From a virus: a stretch of 64,000 bases of DNA. The notes under the pieces were generated by a model. It saw only the letters and a list, made by a program, of their open reading frames with translations, did not search any database and was not told the origin of the DNA. The stretch is taken from IMG/VR virus record IMGVR_UViG_3300030085_004825, positions 1 to 64,000 of that record. One strand, written 5' to 3'. A program made the position numbers and the translations under genes. Positions within the stretch are counted from its first letter, which is position 1. Each line of letters opens with the position of its first letter. Shown in pieces: positions 8,156-21,000 of the stretch.

Positions 8156-9462
8156 TGGCTATTTTTAGAGAAGGGCAAACTACTAAACTTGGATTAAAAT
8201 CTAATAATCCTTTTTTAGATTCTGGGGTATTAGCTACTTTATCTGCTTTAACCAATATAACATATGTTAGAGTAACAGATATAGTCTTAAATGAGAAACA
8301 TGATAAATATTCTGAAGTTGGTGAATGGAATGGTATAGGGGCTATATTTTATCAAACTATAGATTTAAATACTCCACAAGAAGGATTTGCTTTACCTTTA
8401 AATTCTAATAATAAAAATTTTCCTTTAATCAATGAGGTTGTATTAATAATGTCTATACCTAGCAGATTTAATCCTGATAGTGAATATTATGAAACCCAAG
8501 AATATTATTTTAATCCTACTAATATCTGGAATCACCCCCACCATAATGCACAACCCAAAAACCCAGATTCTAAGCTTCTCCCAAAAGGGCAAAAAAATGA
8601 TTATGAAATAAATAATTCTTACCAAGTAAGAAAAATTGAAGGTGAAGAAGGAACTGATATAGAATTAAACTATACTGATTTTCCTAATCCTTCACAAGAT
8701 ACATTTAAAGAAAAAAGCAACATTCATCCTTTATTACCTTTTATGGGTGATATATTATTTGAAGGTAGGTATGGACAAAGTATTAGATTTGGGAGTACAA
8801 ATATTTTAGATGAAAATATTGCAAAACCTAGCATATTTAATAATTACTCTAAAACTGGAGAAAATGGTGATCCTATTATTTTAATAAGAAATGGACAACC
8901 TAATAGTTCATCTAGTGAAGGATGGGTTCCTATAGTAGAAAATGTAAAAAAAGATTTATCTTCTATATATTTAACATCTACTCAAAGAATAGAATCATGT
9001 AGTTTAGCTAATGAAAACTTTAACTCATTCTTAATTAAACCTACATCACCTTCAACTTATAATTCTTCTCAAATAATTTTAAATTCTAGTAGAATTCTTA
9101 TAAATGCAAATGAAGATAATGTTCTTATTAGTAGCGAAAATGCTGTAGGGATTTCTGCAAATAAACAGGTAAATTTAGAAGCTACTAAAGATATTAATAT
9201 TGTGGGTGAGGTTATAAATCTTGGTGGTATAAAAGGAGTACAACCCACTCTAAAAGGAGATGAAACTATAGATTTATTAAATGATATATTAGATAACCTT
9301 ATTCAAATATCCACAGCTATAACTAATATTCAAAAACCTCTTATAGGTAGTGGAATGATAGATGGAGGACTTTACCTCCCAGCAAAATCATCTTTAGAAA
9401 ATTTTGAAAAAATTCAAAAAAGATTAAAAGCTTTAAAAACTACTATTGTAAAAGTAAAGTAA
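8155..9462 (+). CDS. baseplate hub/central spike-like protein (gp5/GpV-like)
   Basis: OB-fold-like PLINEVVLI, GDILFEGRYGQSIRFG, beta-repeat C-terminus; lies at the start of the baseplate module. Confidence 0.6.
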   Translation: MAIFREGQTTKLGLKSNNPFLDSGVLATLSALTNITYVRVTDIVLNEKHDKYSEVGEWNGIGAIFYQTIDLNTPQEGFALPLNSNNKNFPLINEVVLIMSIPSRFNPDSEYYETQEYYFNPTNIWNHPHHNAQPKNPDSKLLPKGQKNDYEINNSYQVRKIEGEEGTDIELNYTDFPNPSQDTFKEKSNIHPLLPFMGDILFEGRYGQSIRFGSTNILDENIAKPSIFNNYSKTGENGDPIILIRNGQPNSSSSEGWVPIVENVKKDLSSIYLTSTQRIESCSLANENFNSFLIKPTSPSTYNSSQIILNSSRILINANEDNVLISSENAVGISANKQVNLEATKDINIVGEVINLGGIKGVQPTLKGDETIDLLNDILDNLIQISTAITNIQKPLIGSGMIDGGLYLPAKSSLENFEKIQKRLKALKTTIVKVK

Positions 9463-9463
9463 T

Positions 9464-9850
9464 ATGGGACTAGTTAAAGGTATAATAATTGATTCTAAAA
9501 CAGGTGAACCTATAAAAAATATTAGAGTTAAAGTAATAACTAATGCTTCTCTATATAATATATCTCCTTTAAAAATTGTTAACAAACTTAAAAAAGTTAA
9601 TATAAAATCTATTCCTTTTACTAATAAAAAAGAAAAATCTTGGATTGTAACCATCCCAGTATTAAAAGAAAATATTTTTGTGTTAAATATAGTTATATCT
9701 AATTCACCTGATGTAGATTCTAAACAAGTAATTATAAAAACAGAAAATATAGTTAATTCACAAAATCAACATAAAGCTTTTGAAAATGTAGTTGAAGCTA
9801 CCTTAGATGCTATTATTCCTTTTGTAATTAGAAAATATGATAACATATAA
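9464..9850 (+). CDS. hypothetical; N-terminal half of a carboxypeptidase-regulatory-like beta sandwich
   Basis: VKGIIIDSKTGEPIKNIRVKV. Confidence 0.65.
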   Translation: MGLVKGIIIDSKTGEPIKNIRVKVITNASLYNISPLKIVNKLKKVNIKSIPFTNKKEKSWIVTIPVLKENIFVLNIVISNSPDVDSKQVIIKTENIVNSQNQHKAFENVVEATLDAIIPFVIRKYDNI

Positions 9851-9853
9851 AAC

Positions 9854-10891
9854 ATGAGTAAAACTAATAAAAAGGGAGAATTTGATATAAATGTTAGAGA
9901 AGAAGCAGGTTTTCTTCTTGAAATAAGTAGTAATGGTTATGAAACAATAACTATTAACCCTTTTAAAGGAGATGGTAGTTTAAAAGATGATTTAGGAGTG
10001 ATATTTTTAGATTCCACAGAAAAGTCTAACAGAAAAGAAATCCAAAAAAATTCAATATACACTAAAACACAAATAGATGCTTTAAATTTTGGAAAAAAGG
10101 ATTTTCAATATTATATTATGGAAAGGCTTCGAAAAGAAGCACAAAATTTAAAAACAAAGGCTATCCCTTTTGTTTTAGATATTATAAAAGAGTTTGGAAT
10201 AACTAAATCAACAGAGTTAATAGAAAAATCTAGTGAAGATATACAACAAGCTATTAATGATTCAAAATGTGTTTCTCCTGATCAATTATTAGAATTAATT
10301 AAGAAAAGAAATAAACTTGTTAAAAAAATTAATACTACTTTAAAAATTGTAGATGGTACTCTTATATCATTAGGGATAACAGGAGGAATACTTCAAGGTA
10401 TTAAAATAGCTAAAGAAGCAGTTGTGTTAACTCCTTTTCCTTTACCTCCTATAGCTACTGAACTTATAAAAGAATTTGAAAAAAAGATTGCTAGATTTGA
10501 ATTTGGTATTGATATATTAACAATTATAATAGAATTAGTTCAAGAAATACTCTTACTCATTTTAAACCTCCTATCATTAACCGACCAGCTAATCCAAAAT
10601 TGCTCACCAAATACTGTAGATTTTCAAGAAAGAGTTTCTATAGAGTTAAGTGATTTAACTCAAGAGCAATCAAATGAACAAGAATCTCCCATAATTACTG
10701 AAGTAAATGGTTTTATTATGGATGTAGAAACTGAAATAACTACTAATTCTTTAAAGCGTAAAAGAGCTATAGCTAAAAACAAGCAAGGAGTTATAATGTT
10801 AAAAGGAGAATATTCTTTTAGCTCAATAGAACAAATACTTATAGATGAATTAGTATTTTATATACAACAAAATAATTTAAAAGCAGATTAA
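9854..10891 (+). CDS. hypothetical helical protein; starts with the C-terminal half of the same beta sandwich
   Basis: TNKKGEFDI...LEISSNGYETITI, then hydrophobic helices. Confidence 0.75.
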   Translation: MSKTNKKGEFDINVREEAGFLLEISSNGYETITINPFKGDGSLKDDLGVIFLDSTEKSNRKEIQKNSIYTKTQIDALNFGKKDFQYYIMERLRKEAQNLKTKAIPFVLDIIKEFGITKSTELIEKSSEDIQQAINDSKCVSPDQLLELIKKRNKLVKKINTTLKIVDGTLISLGITGGILQGIKIAKEAVVLTPFPLPPIATELIKEFEKKIARFEFGIDILTIIIELVQEILLLILNLLSLTDQLIQNCSPNTVDFQERVSIELSDLTQEQSNEQESPIITEVNGFIMDVETEITTNSLKRKRAIAKNKQGVIMLKGEYSFSSIEQILIDELVFYIQQNNLKAD

Positions 10892-10911
10892 CCCTATATT
10901 TATAAACATAT

Positions 10912-11256
10912 ATGAAAACAGAAATACTTAAAAAATTAATTAAAGAAGCAGTAAAAGAAGCAATTCAAGATGAATTGAAGGATATTTTATTAGAAGCTAT
11001 TAAAACTCCTAAAACTCAAGTTGTGAGAGAATCTATACAACCCACTATAACCCCCTCACAACCTAAGCCCACCTATACAGAACCTACTATGGATATTAAA
11101 CAAAAATATGCTGATATAATGGGTGAAACTGCTATAAGCATGACAAGTAAAGATGCTTCTTCTTTTAATCCAAGAGGTGTAGATCCAATAAATGGAAATT
11201 TAGGTGATGGAGAGGTTAAAATGGATACAATAATGGGACTTCTAAATACTAAATAA
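10912..11256 (+). CDS. hypothetical protein with LKKLIKE motif
   Basis: ATATTTATA at 10896-10904. Confidence 0.8.
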   Translation: MKTEILKKLIKEAVKEAIQDELKDILLEAIKTPKTQVVRESIQPTITPSQPKPTYTEPTMDIKQKYADIMGETAISMTSKDASSFNPRGVDPINGNLGDGEVKMDTIMGLLNTK

Positions 11257-11666
11257 TGCCATTTAATCCCCAAACTATAGATGTTAACGATTTAGATCCA
11301 AATATAGGACTAGGGATAGATTTACCTTTTACAGGATCAGGAACTTTTAATTTAACTTTTAACACTCAAGAAGCTATAAAAAACAATTTAATTAATTACT
11401 TTTTAACTAACCCTGGTGAAAGACCTTTAAACCCAACATTTGGAGGTGGGTTAAGAAATTTTATATTTGAAGAAATAAATGATCTAACCTTTAATGATAT
11501 CAAATCACAAATCCAAAATAAAATTTCTTCAGTTTTTCCTTTTATTAAAATTAATCAACTTAATATATATTCTCCTTCTCAAGAAGAAAATAATAATGTG
11601 ATAATAGATTTAAAATATAGTATTTCTAGTACCCCCAACACAGGTTCTTTAACTTTTAACTTTTAA
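11256..11666 (+). CDS. gp25: baseplate wedge protein, gp25-like
   Basis: IKNNL..YFLTNPGERPLNPTFGGGL..FIFE is the gp25/GPW signature. Confidence 0.9.
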   Translation: MPFNPQTIDVNDLDPNIGLGIDLPFTGSGTFNLTFNTQEAIKNNLINYFLTNPGERPLNPTFGGGLRNFIFEEINDLTFNDIKSQIQNKISSVFPFIKINQLNIYSPSQEENNNVIIDLKYSISSTPNTGSLTFNF

Positions 11667-11668
11667 AC

Positions 11669-13510
11669 ATGGCATTAAATAAAGATATAAAATATATTAA
11701 CAGGGATTTTACAGATTTTAGAAATCGTTTAATTGAATATACTAAAACTTATTTTCCTAACACGTATAATGATTTCTCCCCTACTTCTCCTGGGATGATG
11801 TTTATAGAGCAAGCTTCATATGTTGGTGATGTTTTAAGTTTTTACCTTGATAATCAATTTCAAGAAACATTTATTCAATATGCTCAACAAACTAATAATG
11901 TTTTTGAATTAGCCTATATGTTTGGTTATAAACCAAAAACTACAGGTGTAGCCCAAGTTAATATATCTTTATTTCAACAAGTACCCTCTAAACTTTCAGA
12001 TGGTGTTTATATACCTGATTTAGATTATTGTTTAACAATTGAAGAAAACACTTCTATTTCTACTAATAATAATATAAATTTTTTAATTCAAGATAAATGT
12101 GATTTTTCCATATCAAACCCACAAGACCCCACTGAAGTTTCTGTATACCAAGTATCAGATGGAAACCCCCAGTATTTTCTTTTAAAGAAAAATAGAATCG
12201 CTATATCAGCTGAAATTAATACTACTACTTTTACTTTTAATGAACCTCAACCTTTTACTACAATTAATTTACCTAATAACAATATTATAAAAGTATTAGA
12301 TATAAAAGACTCAGATGATAATACTTGGTATGAAGTAGATAATTTAGGGCAAGAAATGGTATTAGATACTATAAAAAACACTAATGTTAATAATCCTAAT
12401 AAAAATGATGATACTCCTTATTTATTAAGGTTAAAAAAAGTAGCTAGAAGGTTTTCAACTAGATTTACCTCTTTATCCAATTTACAAATACAATTTGGTG
12501 TAGGTACACCTGAAACAATAGATGAAGAAATAACTCCTAATCCTAATAATGTAGGTTTAGGTTTACCATTTAAACAAGATAAACTAACAGCTGCTTATTC
12601 ACCTACTAACTTTTTATACACAAATACTTATGGTATTTCACCTTCCAATACAACTTTAACTGTAAGATATTTAACTGGTGGAGGAGTAAATTCTAATGTA
12701 TTTGTTAATGAGTTATCAAACTTAGATAAATCTAATACTAAATTTAAACTTACTACTTTAAATACTACTACCTCTAATTATGTATTTGATTCTTTAACAG
12801 CAACTAACGAAGAAGCAGCTACAGGGGGAAAAGGAGGAGATACTCTAGAAGAAATAAGACAAAACACTTTATCACTTATAGCTTCCCAAAAAAGATCAGT
12901 AACATCAGACGATTATTTAATAAGAGCCCTAAGCATGCCTTCAGATTTTGGTTCAATAACTAAAGCTATTATCCAAAAACCTCAATTAACAGATTCACAA
13001 ATTTCAACTATAGAAACTTTAAGTTTATATATATTATCCCAAAATAACCAAAGCCAACTTTCAGTAGCTAATAATACTTTAAAACAAAATTTAAGAACTT
13101 ATTTATCTCAATATCGTATGATTGGAGATAATATTGAAATAAGAGATGCATATATTATTAACATAGGAATAGATTTTGAATTAATAGTATTACCTGAGTA
13201 TAATAACAGTGAAGTATTAATAAAATGTATAGATTCTTTAAAAGAGTATTTTAATATTAATAATTGGCAAATTAACCAACCTATTCAATTAAGGGATATT
13301 TATGTTAGATTAGATAAAATTAAAGGAGTACAAACAGTTAAAAACATTAATATAAAAAATATAGCTGGAGAATCTTTAGGGTATTCTCCTTATGCTTATG
13401 ATATAGTTAATGCTACTCAAAATCAAGTAATATACCCTTCTTTAGATCCAAGTATTTTTGAAATCAAATACCCTAATACAGATATTAAAGGTAGAGTGGT
13501 TTCTTTGTAA
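11669..13510 (+). CDS. gp6: baseplate wedge protein, gp6-like
   Basis: RDF..FRNRL, YVGDVLSFYLD, A..FGYKP, GG...DTLEEIR, QKRSVT.DDY; follows gp25. Confidence 0.85.
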   Translation: MALNKDIKYINRDFTDFRNRLIEYTKTYFPNTYNDFSPTSPGMMFIEQASYVGDVLSFYLDNQFQETFIQYAQQTNNVFELAYMFGYKPKTTGVAQVNISLFQQVPSKLSDGVYIPDLDYCLTIEENTSISTNNNINFLIQDKCDFSISNPQDPTEVSVYQVSDGNPQYFLLKKNRIAISAEINTTTFTFNEPQPFTTINLPNNNIIKVLDIKDSDDNTWYEVDNLGQEMVLDTIKNTNVNNPNKNDDTPYLLRLKKVARRFSTRFTSLSNLQIQFGVGTPETIDEEITPNPNNVGLGLPFKQDKLTAAYSPTNFLYTNTYGISPSNTTLTVRYLTGGGVNSNVFVNELSNLDKSNTKFKLTTLNTTTSNYVFDSLTATNEEAATGGKGGDTLEEIRQNTLSLIASQKRSVTSDDYLIRALSMPSDFGSITKAIIQKPQLTDSQISTIETLSLYILSQNNQSQLSVANNTLKQNLRTYLSQYRMIGDNIEIRDAYIINIGIDFELIVLPEYNNSEVLIKCIDSLKEYFNINNWQINQPIQLRDIYVRLDKIKGVQTVKNINIKNIAGESLGYSPYAYDIVNATQNQVIYPSLDPSIFEIKYPNTDIKGRVVSL

Positions 13511-13538
13511 ATATTATATTTATAATAAAACTATTTAA

Positions 13539-14738
13539 ATGGCTATTTATAAAATATTCCCAACCCAAGATACTACCCTATATTCCTCTCACCCTTCTAT
13601 GAATACAGGAATAGATGCTATTTTAGAAGCATCTAATAAACTAGGAATAGATGGTTTACCTGATGTAGCCCGATATTTAGTACAATTTGATAATAGTGAA
13701 ATTAATGATATTATAACTAACAAAATTAGTGGAAGCACATACAGCGTTTACTTAACAAATTTTATTTCTGAAATTCAAGGAATAACTTCTAATACTTTTT
13801 TAGAAATACTCCCTTTAGCCCAATCTTGGGATAATGGTACAGGACAAACTTTAGATAATCCTATTACAGAAAATGGATGTTCTTGGGGGTATACTGATTT
13901 TAGTGGATCTACTTCTTGGTCTCCTTCTGGTGATTATGATGGTACTGAAGGGGTAATTTCTTATACTAGTTCATTTAATCCTTTATATAGTACACAAGGA
14001 GGAGGAAATTGGTTTTTTAATGGATCTAATAATTTACTTTATGTTTTAGCAGGGTATGTTTTAGATAACTACATAGATAACATAATAACATCTAACCCAA
14101 ATGTTATTAGTCAATCTTTTAATGTAAGAGATACAAAAGATTTAGAAGCTAAAGTAGATAATATAGTAAATAATTGGTATAGTGGTTCAATTCCAAATTA
14201 TGGTTTTATTGTAAAACTTGCAGATTCTTTTGAATTTAACCCTAGTCAATATGTACAACCACAATTTAAGTATTATAGTGTTGATACTAATACTATTTAC
14301 CCACCTCAATTAGAATTTAGATGGAGAGATTACTCTTTATATTCTCCTTCTACTTCTTCTATTGTAACAACTGAACAACTTAAACTCTCTTTATCTGAAA
14401 ATCCTGGAATTTTTACCCCAGAAAGTATAAATAGATTTTATATAAATGTAAGTCCTTTATATCCAACTAGAATATATAAAACAAGTTCATTGTTTACTGA
14501 TTTAAATTATTTACCAACATCTTCTTATTACGCGGTAAAAGATTTGGATACTAATGAATTTATCATTAACTTTGATGACCAATATACCCAAATTAGTTCT
14601 GATGAAAGAGGAAACTATTTTGATGTTTATATGAGTGGTTTAGAACCTGAAAGATATTATAAAATTTTAATAAAAACTGTGTTAAATAATTCAACTAAAA
14701 TTTTTGATGATAATTACTATTTTAAAGTTATAAATTAA
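13539..14738 (+). CDS. virion structural protein
   Basis: Position in baseplate module; late motif at 13516-13524; SGS/TSS motifs. Confidence 0.7.
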   Translation: MAIYKIFPTQDTTLYSSHPSMNTGIDAILEASNKLGIDGLPDVARYLVQFDNSEINDIITNKISGSTYSVYLTNFISEIQGITSNTFLEILPLAQSWDNGTGQTLDNPITENGCSWGYTDFSGSTSWSPSGDYDGTEGVISYTSSFNPLYSTQGGGNWFFNGSNNLLYVLAGYVLDNYIDNIITSNPNVISQSFNVRDTKDLEAKVDNIVNNWYSGSIPNYGFIVKLADSFEFNPSQYVQPQFKYYSVDTNTIYPPQLEFRWRDYSLYSPSTSSIVTTEQLKLSLSENPGIFTPESINRFYINVSPLYPTRIYKTSSLFTDLNYLPTSSYYAVKDLDTNEFIINFDDQYTQISSDERGNYFDVYMSGLEPERYYKILIKTVLNNSTKIFDDNYYFKVIN

Positions 14739-15097
14739 TGAAAAAGCAAATCCCTTTACAAAACAACACTACAGCTTTTTCTAAAGATGAATTTAGCCAA
14801 AATATAGACACTTCTTTCAATGAATTAGGAATTACCTCTTTATCTGAACAAATTGAAAACCAACCCACAGTAGATGAATTTTTTACTTTATATAACGATC
14901 TCTTTTATTCTATCCCAGAAAAAGGGGAAGTTGATTCTCATGAATATTTAATTCAACAAAGTAGTGAATATATAGATTTTAATCCTAATCAAGATGAAAT
15001 AATTGCTTTACAGAATGAAATAGCTGGATTAAGAAAAGAACTACTTGAATCTCAAACACAATTTATTAATCTACAAGTATCATCCTCAACATCATAA
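14738..15097 (+). CDS. hypothetical structural protein
   Basis: 119 aa, translationally coupled (TAATG). Confidence 0.75.
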   Translation: MKKQIPLQNNTTAFSKDEFSQNIDTSFNELGITSLSEQIENQPTVDEFFTLYNDLFYSIPEKGEVDSHEYLIQQSSEYIDFNPNQDEIIALQNEIAGLRKELLESQTQFINLQVSSSTS

Positions 15098-15099
15098 TA

Positions 15100-18000
15100 A
15101 TGGCTATAGAAATTTCTACTCTTCCTTCTACTCCTTATATATATCAAAACTTTGGCTCTGATACAAACAATATACCTTTTACCCAACCTAATAATCAACC
15201 ATTTTCAGGATCTAATAATATAGAATTTTATATTTTTGATCTTAACAATAATATACTATCTGAAAATTATAATTTTTCTGATTATTCCATTTTAAATGAA
15301 GGACAATTACCCTTAACTAATGTAATTTCTTCAATTTATGTAGATTTAGAAAAACAAATTGAAGATAGAGAATTACTTGATGGAGAGTATATAACATATT
15401 TTAATTTTTTTACTCCTAAAATAGGATCTTTTAATTCAAATTTATCTATTAAAGAAATTTCTGGGGATAGAAAAGAATTAGAATTTATATCCCCATTAGG
15501 AAATAATGAAGAAGTCACTAATTTTATAGGAGAAATAAATTCTTTTGATAATAGTAGTTTTCCTTATTTTTATTTAAATTTTGGAGAAAATAAACAAATT
15601 ATTGGTGTAAATTTAATTTCTAATGAAAATGGAAATTTTATAAAATTATATCAACCTCTTCCTGAAGAGTTTGACATTAATTCTAATTTTTGGGTTGTTA
15701 CCCCAATAACAGACCCTATAGCTTATAGTGTTAAAATAGAAAGTGAACCTTTTATTATTGATGAAACAGTAAAAATAAAAGGCCCTAATTTTAACTTAAA
15801 TATAAGAGATCAAGTTAATAATTCAACAAACAATTTATCATATCAAGATTTAATTCAAACTACTTTAACTAGTTCATACGATCAAGTTAACAATTTACTT
15901 CAAGCAAAAGAATTAAATGTAAATATAGATTATACTAATTTTTCCAATTTTACCCATTTTAGCTCAGCTAAAACTAGATTAGAAAATTTTTCTTACAAAG
16001 TTAACCTTATTGAAGAATATTCTTCTTCTCTTAACATATTAAGCAATACTACTGATACCGATACTTCAAGTAGTAAAGCAATATATGAAAGTAAAATAAA
16101 TAACATCATTAAAAATTTTGATGGATATGATCGTTTTTTATACTATGGTAGTAGTTCTTTTTCTTGGCCTAAAACAACACTTACTAAACCTTATCAACTA
16201 GCTAGTAGTGATAGTAATGAGGTTAAAAATTGGTTAGGAAATTTAAATGTTAATTCCCCTTTTTATGGAGGAATAATACTTTCTGCTTCTTTATTTGATG
16301 AAAAAAATGTTAATAGTTTATATTATTCTATCCCTGAATATTTAAGAAGTGATCCTAGTAATTCTCAATATGAATTATTTATTGATATGATTGCTCAACA
16401 TTTTGATAATATTTGGATTTATTATAGAGATGTTTCCCAAAAATATAATGCTGATAATCGTTTAAATCAAGGTATATCTAAAGATATAGTAGCTGATGCT
16501 ATTAAAGATTTTGGTATTAAACTATATCAAAATAATTTTTCTAATGAAGATTTATACACAGCATTTTTAGGGTTAACACCTAATGGAAATTTGTTTCCTT
16601 TCCCAAACATAACAGGATCATTACCCACCCCTACAGGATTTGAATATGTCAATAATTTAATATCTGCTTCTAATGATAGTATACCATTAGATGATGTAAA
16701 TAAGTCGTTATATAAACGAATATATCATAACATACCACATTTACTTAAAACTAAAGGTACTTTACCTGGCCTGCGTGCTCTTATAACTTCTTATGGTATT
16801 CCTGATACTATACTAAGAATAAATGAGTTTGGGGGTAAAGATAAAATTAATGTAAATGATTGGGATCATTGGCAAAGAGAATTTAATTATGCTTTTTCAA
16901 CAACAGGGAGCAACTTTATTTCTTCTTCATGGGATTGCCATGACCATTTCCCACCAGCGTTTGGAGGAGGAGCTAATGGTATTAATAACCAAATAATGTT
17001 TAGGTTTAAAACTAATGGTTTACCTACATCTAATATTCCCCGATCTCAAAGTTTATGGCATGTAAGTGGAAGTGGGTTTGGAGAAACTGCTATAACTTTA
17101 AGATATGAAGGTACAGCTTATGATAGTGCTTCATATAGTGGATCAATTAAAGATCCTTTTTGTGAGTATGCTTATTTAGATTTTTACCCTGACTTAGTAC
17201 ATTCATCATCAATTTCAGCTAGTATATATCTACCGTTTTTTGATGGTGATTGGTGGTCTGTAGCAGCAAGTAGAGATGATAGTACTTCTAAAAATTTTAC
17301 ACTTAGAGCTGCTAATAAATTATATAAAGGAGGTGATAATAATACAAAAATTGGTTTTATATCCTCTTCAATAATTAATCACTCAAACCCAATTGATGGT
17401 TGGAGACGTAAAAACTCAATAAGCTACTTCCCAGCCTCTTCTAGTATTTTAACTAATTACTTCCCTTTTTCAGGTTCATACCAAGAAATTAGATATTACG
17501 CTCCACCTATAACTGAAAGTGTATTTAGGGATTATACGATGAATCCTCATTCAATTGAAGGGAATACTACAAACTCATCTCCTAGTGATTTAACTTTTAG
17601 AGCTTCTTTAGGAGGAGAATTACATACAAGTTCTCTTTCTATCCATCCTAAAATAACAGGTTCATGGATAACAACTCAATCTTTTAGTGGAAGTGGAGAA
17701 GGATTTAGTAACTTTAATTTTAATGTTACCCCAACATTTTTACCTAATACTGAATTTATATTTTTTGATCAACCTATAGCAGGTATAAAAAATACAATTG
17801 GGGATAAAATTAGAATTGAAAATGATACACTCCCTGAGGGTAACACTTTATCTTCTTTTACTTCTTTATCTCAAACAACAAATATATCTCAAAGCTATAC
17901 TCCTAATATAAACTATTTAGAAGTAGCATTTTCACCACAAAATGAAATAAATGAAGACATAATAAATCAAATTGGATTCTTTGATATTGGAGAATACATT

Positions 18001-21000
18001 GGTGATCCAAGACAAAGATCTTCATCTGCTACTTCATATCCTGATTTAGATAATTTAAGAGATGATTATTTTGAAAAATATACTAAAAATTATAATTTAA
18101 AAGATTTTATACGTTTAATAAAATTTTTTGATAATTCATTATTTAAAATGATTAAAGATTTTGTACCTGCTCGTACAAGTCTTGCTTCTGGTGTAGTTAT
18201 AAAACAACATTTACTTGAAAGAAATAAATACCCACAACCACAAGTATCTTTTGAAAACCAAATCCATACAGGATCAATTGATATGGTTGAAATTTCTGGA
18301 GGTGCCGCTGGAGTATTTAACACATTTAATGGGCTAAATACTTCCCCTTATGGAATATCAGGAACAGGCCCAAATAATAAATACTTTTTAACCCAAAGTT
18401 GGGATGAAAATATATTAACTATTTCAGGATCTGCAGTAAAAACTTATTCTAATCAAGATGAATTTTATGATGGAATATTTAGTGGTTCTAATTTAACAGT
18501 TACAACCCAAAGTTTACAATCCCCATATCCTATAAACAATAAAGCTTTTAGCTATAACCAAGTACATTATTATGGTAGTCAAAGTGCCCAAATAACAGCT
18601 TTTAATGAAGGTTTAATTTTTGAAGATTTATTTTTAAATAATGTTACTTCTCCTCAAGATGGAGAAATATTATTTTTTAATGAAACTCCTACTCTAGCTC
18701 TCTTTAGAAAAACTAAATATTTAAAAATAGCTAAAGTTGATTGTAATGGAGTAGATAATACTTTAGTTTTAGGAAATGTAAATAAAGTTTTTGTTTTTTT
18801 ACCATTTTACAATACCTATATTCCTTATTCTTTAGAAATCCAAAATGAACAACAAAACTATTATCTATACCAACTTACAGAACCATCATTTTTTGTACCT
18901 TATGCAGATAACCAACAAGTTTTTCCTAACCAAACATTAAACTATTCTATTAGCGCTAGTACTACTCATTCTTTTGGGCTTAGCCCAGGAGGACAACTTC
19001 TCCCAGCTACAGAATATGATACAGTAATAGGTAATACTATTAATTATTTTGATGCTTTTGGTGGAGATTATACTTTTGAAAATACCCCAAATACTCCTCT
19101 ATATATTTCAGCTTCATTTTTATTTAGTGGAACTGGAGCATTAACTGCTTCAATATCAAGATTAATAGTTGAAAATGGGTTATCTAGTTTTCAACCAATT
19201 ACCTCTTCAGCAATATCGTCTCCTGGGAGTATTCAAATGAGTACTACATATTATGCTCTTAATGGAGATAGTTTGTATCTTACAGCTAAAGGAGCATCTT
19301 CTGCTACTTTTCGTACTGGATCTTTATTTATAACCCAAAGTAGACCTATAAGTACTTCAAGTTGTTACCCAATAATTGTTGAACCTTATATTACAGATGC
19401 AAATTTTTATAATAGTGATTTCAATTCATTAATTAATAATGTTGATTCTTATAAACTAAGTACTATTTTTCAAGATGTAGATTACACAACTAACATTTTA
19501 ACCCCCTCTAATTTTGATTTAATAATATCAGGTAGTGCTCTTAAAGCTCCTGTACAAGACTCTAACTATTCTTCTAAAGCATATACAAATATAAGATATA
19601 ATGGCTCTAAAACCACTTCTAGATTTTTAAATACTTGGTCTTCCAGAGATATAGGTACTTATGGAAAACTTCCCGCTGTAGAAAGTGATAAAGTTTATGT
19701 AGCTTATGGAGACATGGAAGGTGGGTGGCCACCTGAAAGAATGAATGCTTCTTCTTTTGGTATTAGATATTTAATTGATGAAGATGGAGATGTAGTTATA
19801 CCTAATGTTTCTGAAAATTCTTTACAAACAGTAAGAGGAACTTTTCAAACAGGAGAAAGATTTAGAATTAGTTCTAAAACAGAAGGATTTGGAGACCCTG
19901 AATGGGAATATAGAAAAATTATTAGGAGTGGAAATACTATACAACCTATTTTATATACCCAAATAGGAAAACAACCAGGTGCTTTATGGACTTCTTCTAT
20001 CCAATTAGTAGATATACAAGCTATTTCTGGTAGTGCAACTGCTAATTATCAAAATAATGGTAGTATTGGTACAATAAATACTCAATTCCAAAGAGATAGA
20101 TTAATACTCCAAAGCAGCCCATTTAATGACTCTCTCATTGGTATCAATGGAACAGCTACAGGTATCCCTACTACTTTTGGTTATTATGAAATTACATCTG
20201 GGATTCTTAGTGAAAATATTACATTAAATTTTAACATTAACCAATTAAATCTTAAATTCCACAAACCAAATGCTAATGAATATGTGTTTGCTACTACATT
20301 CCAACTTGGGGTAATTTTAAAAAGAAACGACGATACTATAGATGTGTACCAAGAAGAAATTAATACCATAATTATCTTCCCAGATAATGTTACCACAGGT
20401 CAAGTAAATAATATTTCTTTTCAAGTCCCTGCTTCTATTTTATCTGTAAATGATAGAATATCTTTTGAGATCGTTGCAGATATGCTCCCAGAAATCGTAC
20501 CTAATAACATTGCCCCATTACTTTCAATAGAAGGTGGAAACTATTCTATTACCCAAACCCCATTACCTACTTTACCTATCCTAGCAGGAAATAATGCTAT
20601 ATGGGGTTATTATGATAAAACAAATTACCCATATGTAATAACTTCTTCTGATGCTGTATCTGAATCATTAGGTGCACTTTATGGGGATTCTAATGCTAAA
20701 CAAATAGATATTCCTGAATCAGGATTTAACCCTATAACCTACCCTTGGTCAATAGAATATGGGGATGAATTTAGATTTGAAGGAAATGAAGACTTTTCAT
20801 ATACTGTTGGTCCTATTTTTGGACCTAATGAAACTGTATTTACTTACCCATACCAAGAAATAACAGCATCAAGAGTTTCACCAACAGGTTCAATTGAAGT
20901 CCATTTTAATAGAAATCTACCTATAAGTGCTAGCATAGATGTTTTTAATCTTGATCATTTTCTTATTAGAAGATACACAGATGATGCTTCAAGAATGATA

